Of a stretch of 64,000 nt of DNA, positions 63,085-64,000 are shown in pieces. Source of the DNA: Octopus sinensis (taxonomy: Eukaryota); assembly GCF_006345805.1 (NCBI RefSeq), contig NC_043018.1, positions 27,590,001 to 27,654,000 of the forward strand, in the 5' to 3' direction. The notes beneath the pieces are model-generated. The model saw only the letters and a program-made list of their open reading frames with translations. It was not told the origin of the DNA and made no database searches. The first letter of the stretch is position 1; each line of letters starts with the position of its first letter. A program made the translations under genes and the position numbers.

Positions 63085-63565
63085 GTGTGGTTAAAGAGCG
63101 TGCTTCAAATCATGTAGTCTTGGTTTCATTCCCACTGCGCGGCACTTTGAGAAAATGTCTTCTAATATAGCTCCCGGTCAACTAAAGCCTCGTGAATGGA
63201 TCTTGTGGACGGGAACTAATAGAAGTCCGTCGTATACATATGTGTGTGTACATACATGTATGTATGTATGTATGTATTATGTATGTATGTATGTATGTAT
63301 GTATGTATGTATGTATATATTTATGTGTACCTCTTTGGGTTTTTCTACTACTACCACCACCACCATCACTACCACTTATCAACCGGTGTTAGTGTCTTTA
63401 CGTGCCCGTAACCTCGTAGCTTAGCTATTCGGCAAAAACAGACACCGATCGAATAGGTACGACGGTTCAAAAATTAGTCCAGGGATTGATTTATTCGACT
63501 GAACCCTTCAATGCGGTGCTCCAGCCTAGCCGCAATCCAGTGATTGAAACAAGTAAATGATATAA
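63085..63565 (+). mobile_element. SINE family A, diverged
   Basis: Homology to other copies. Confidence 0.7.
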
Positions 63566-64000
63566 AATACCTGTTCATTTTACATTAAAGGTATGCTAAA
63601 GAAGGTACGTGATATTCAAGAACTATCGAAGATAAAGTGAAATTGCGAGGTCAAAAGTTTTGTAAGTATATCGGCAAAAAAATAATTGAAGGAATATTGG
63701 AGGAAAATTATAATATTCTTTTCTACTTTAGGTACAAGACCGGAAATTTTAGGGGAGTGAGCCAGTCGATTAGATCGACCCCTGTACGTAACTGGCACTG
63801 AATTTATCGACCCGAAATGGATGAAAGGCAAAGTCGACCTCGGCGGACTTTGAACCTCCTTAAAGAGTTTTGAAAGATATGAATTATGAAGAAAATAAAA
63901 TGAAGAAATCGAAAAAGAGAAAATGTTTAAGAAAATAGAGATAAGTTGAATGAATAAGTAAATATTTATAGCAATTCAAAATTTCCCTAAATTAAAATAA

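Overview
AT-rich, microsatellite-dense eukaryotic DNA. The SINE, microsatellite and LINE repertoire looks like an octopod cephalopod (Octopus-like); this is recognition from memory, not a database result. I found no confidently intact host gene, and most ORFs in the track are translated simple repeats. The window is a mosaic of tRNA-derived SINEs (about 4 families), decayed CR1-like and R4/Dong-like LINE 3' ends, Tc1/mariner fossils and MITEs. The main finding is a ~512-bp non-coding tandem array (12 full units, 34471-40648) that folds back into an inverted arm (40730-41756). Each monomer carries a type I hammerhead ribozyme (HHR): CUGAGGA core, extended helix II, palindromic helix III ACAAUUGU, GUC cleavage triplet, bulged helix I. 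A second, independent fold-back insertion of the same family with the same two termini lies at 1232-1875. This resembles a retrozyme or Penelope-like (PLE) pseudo-LTR system. About eight other short repeat families also carry minimal HHR-like folds, several with non-canonical cores (G3-C8 and U3-A8 swaps, U4C, CUGAUG-CG). A 1.95-kb ORF1-only (HAL1-like) retroelement with a 15-bp TSD splits a SINE. All RNA folds were paired by eye and need computational and biochemical confirmation. Coordinates of decayed repeats are approximate.
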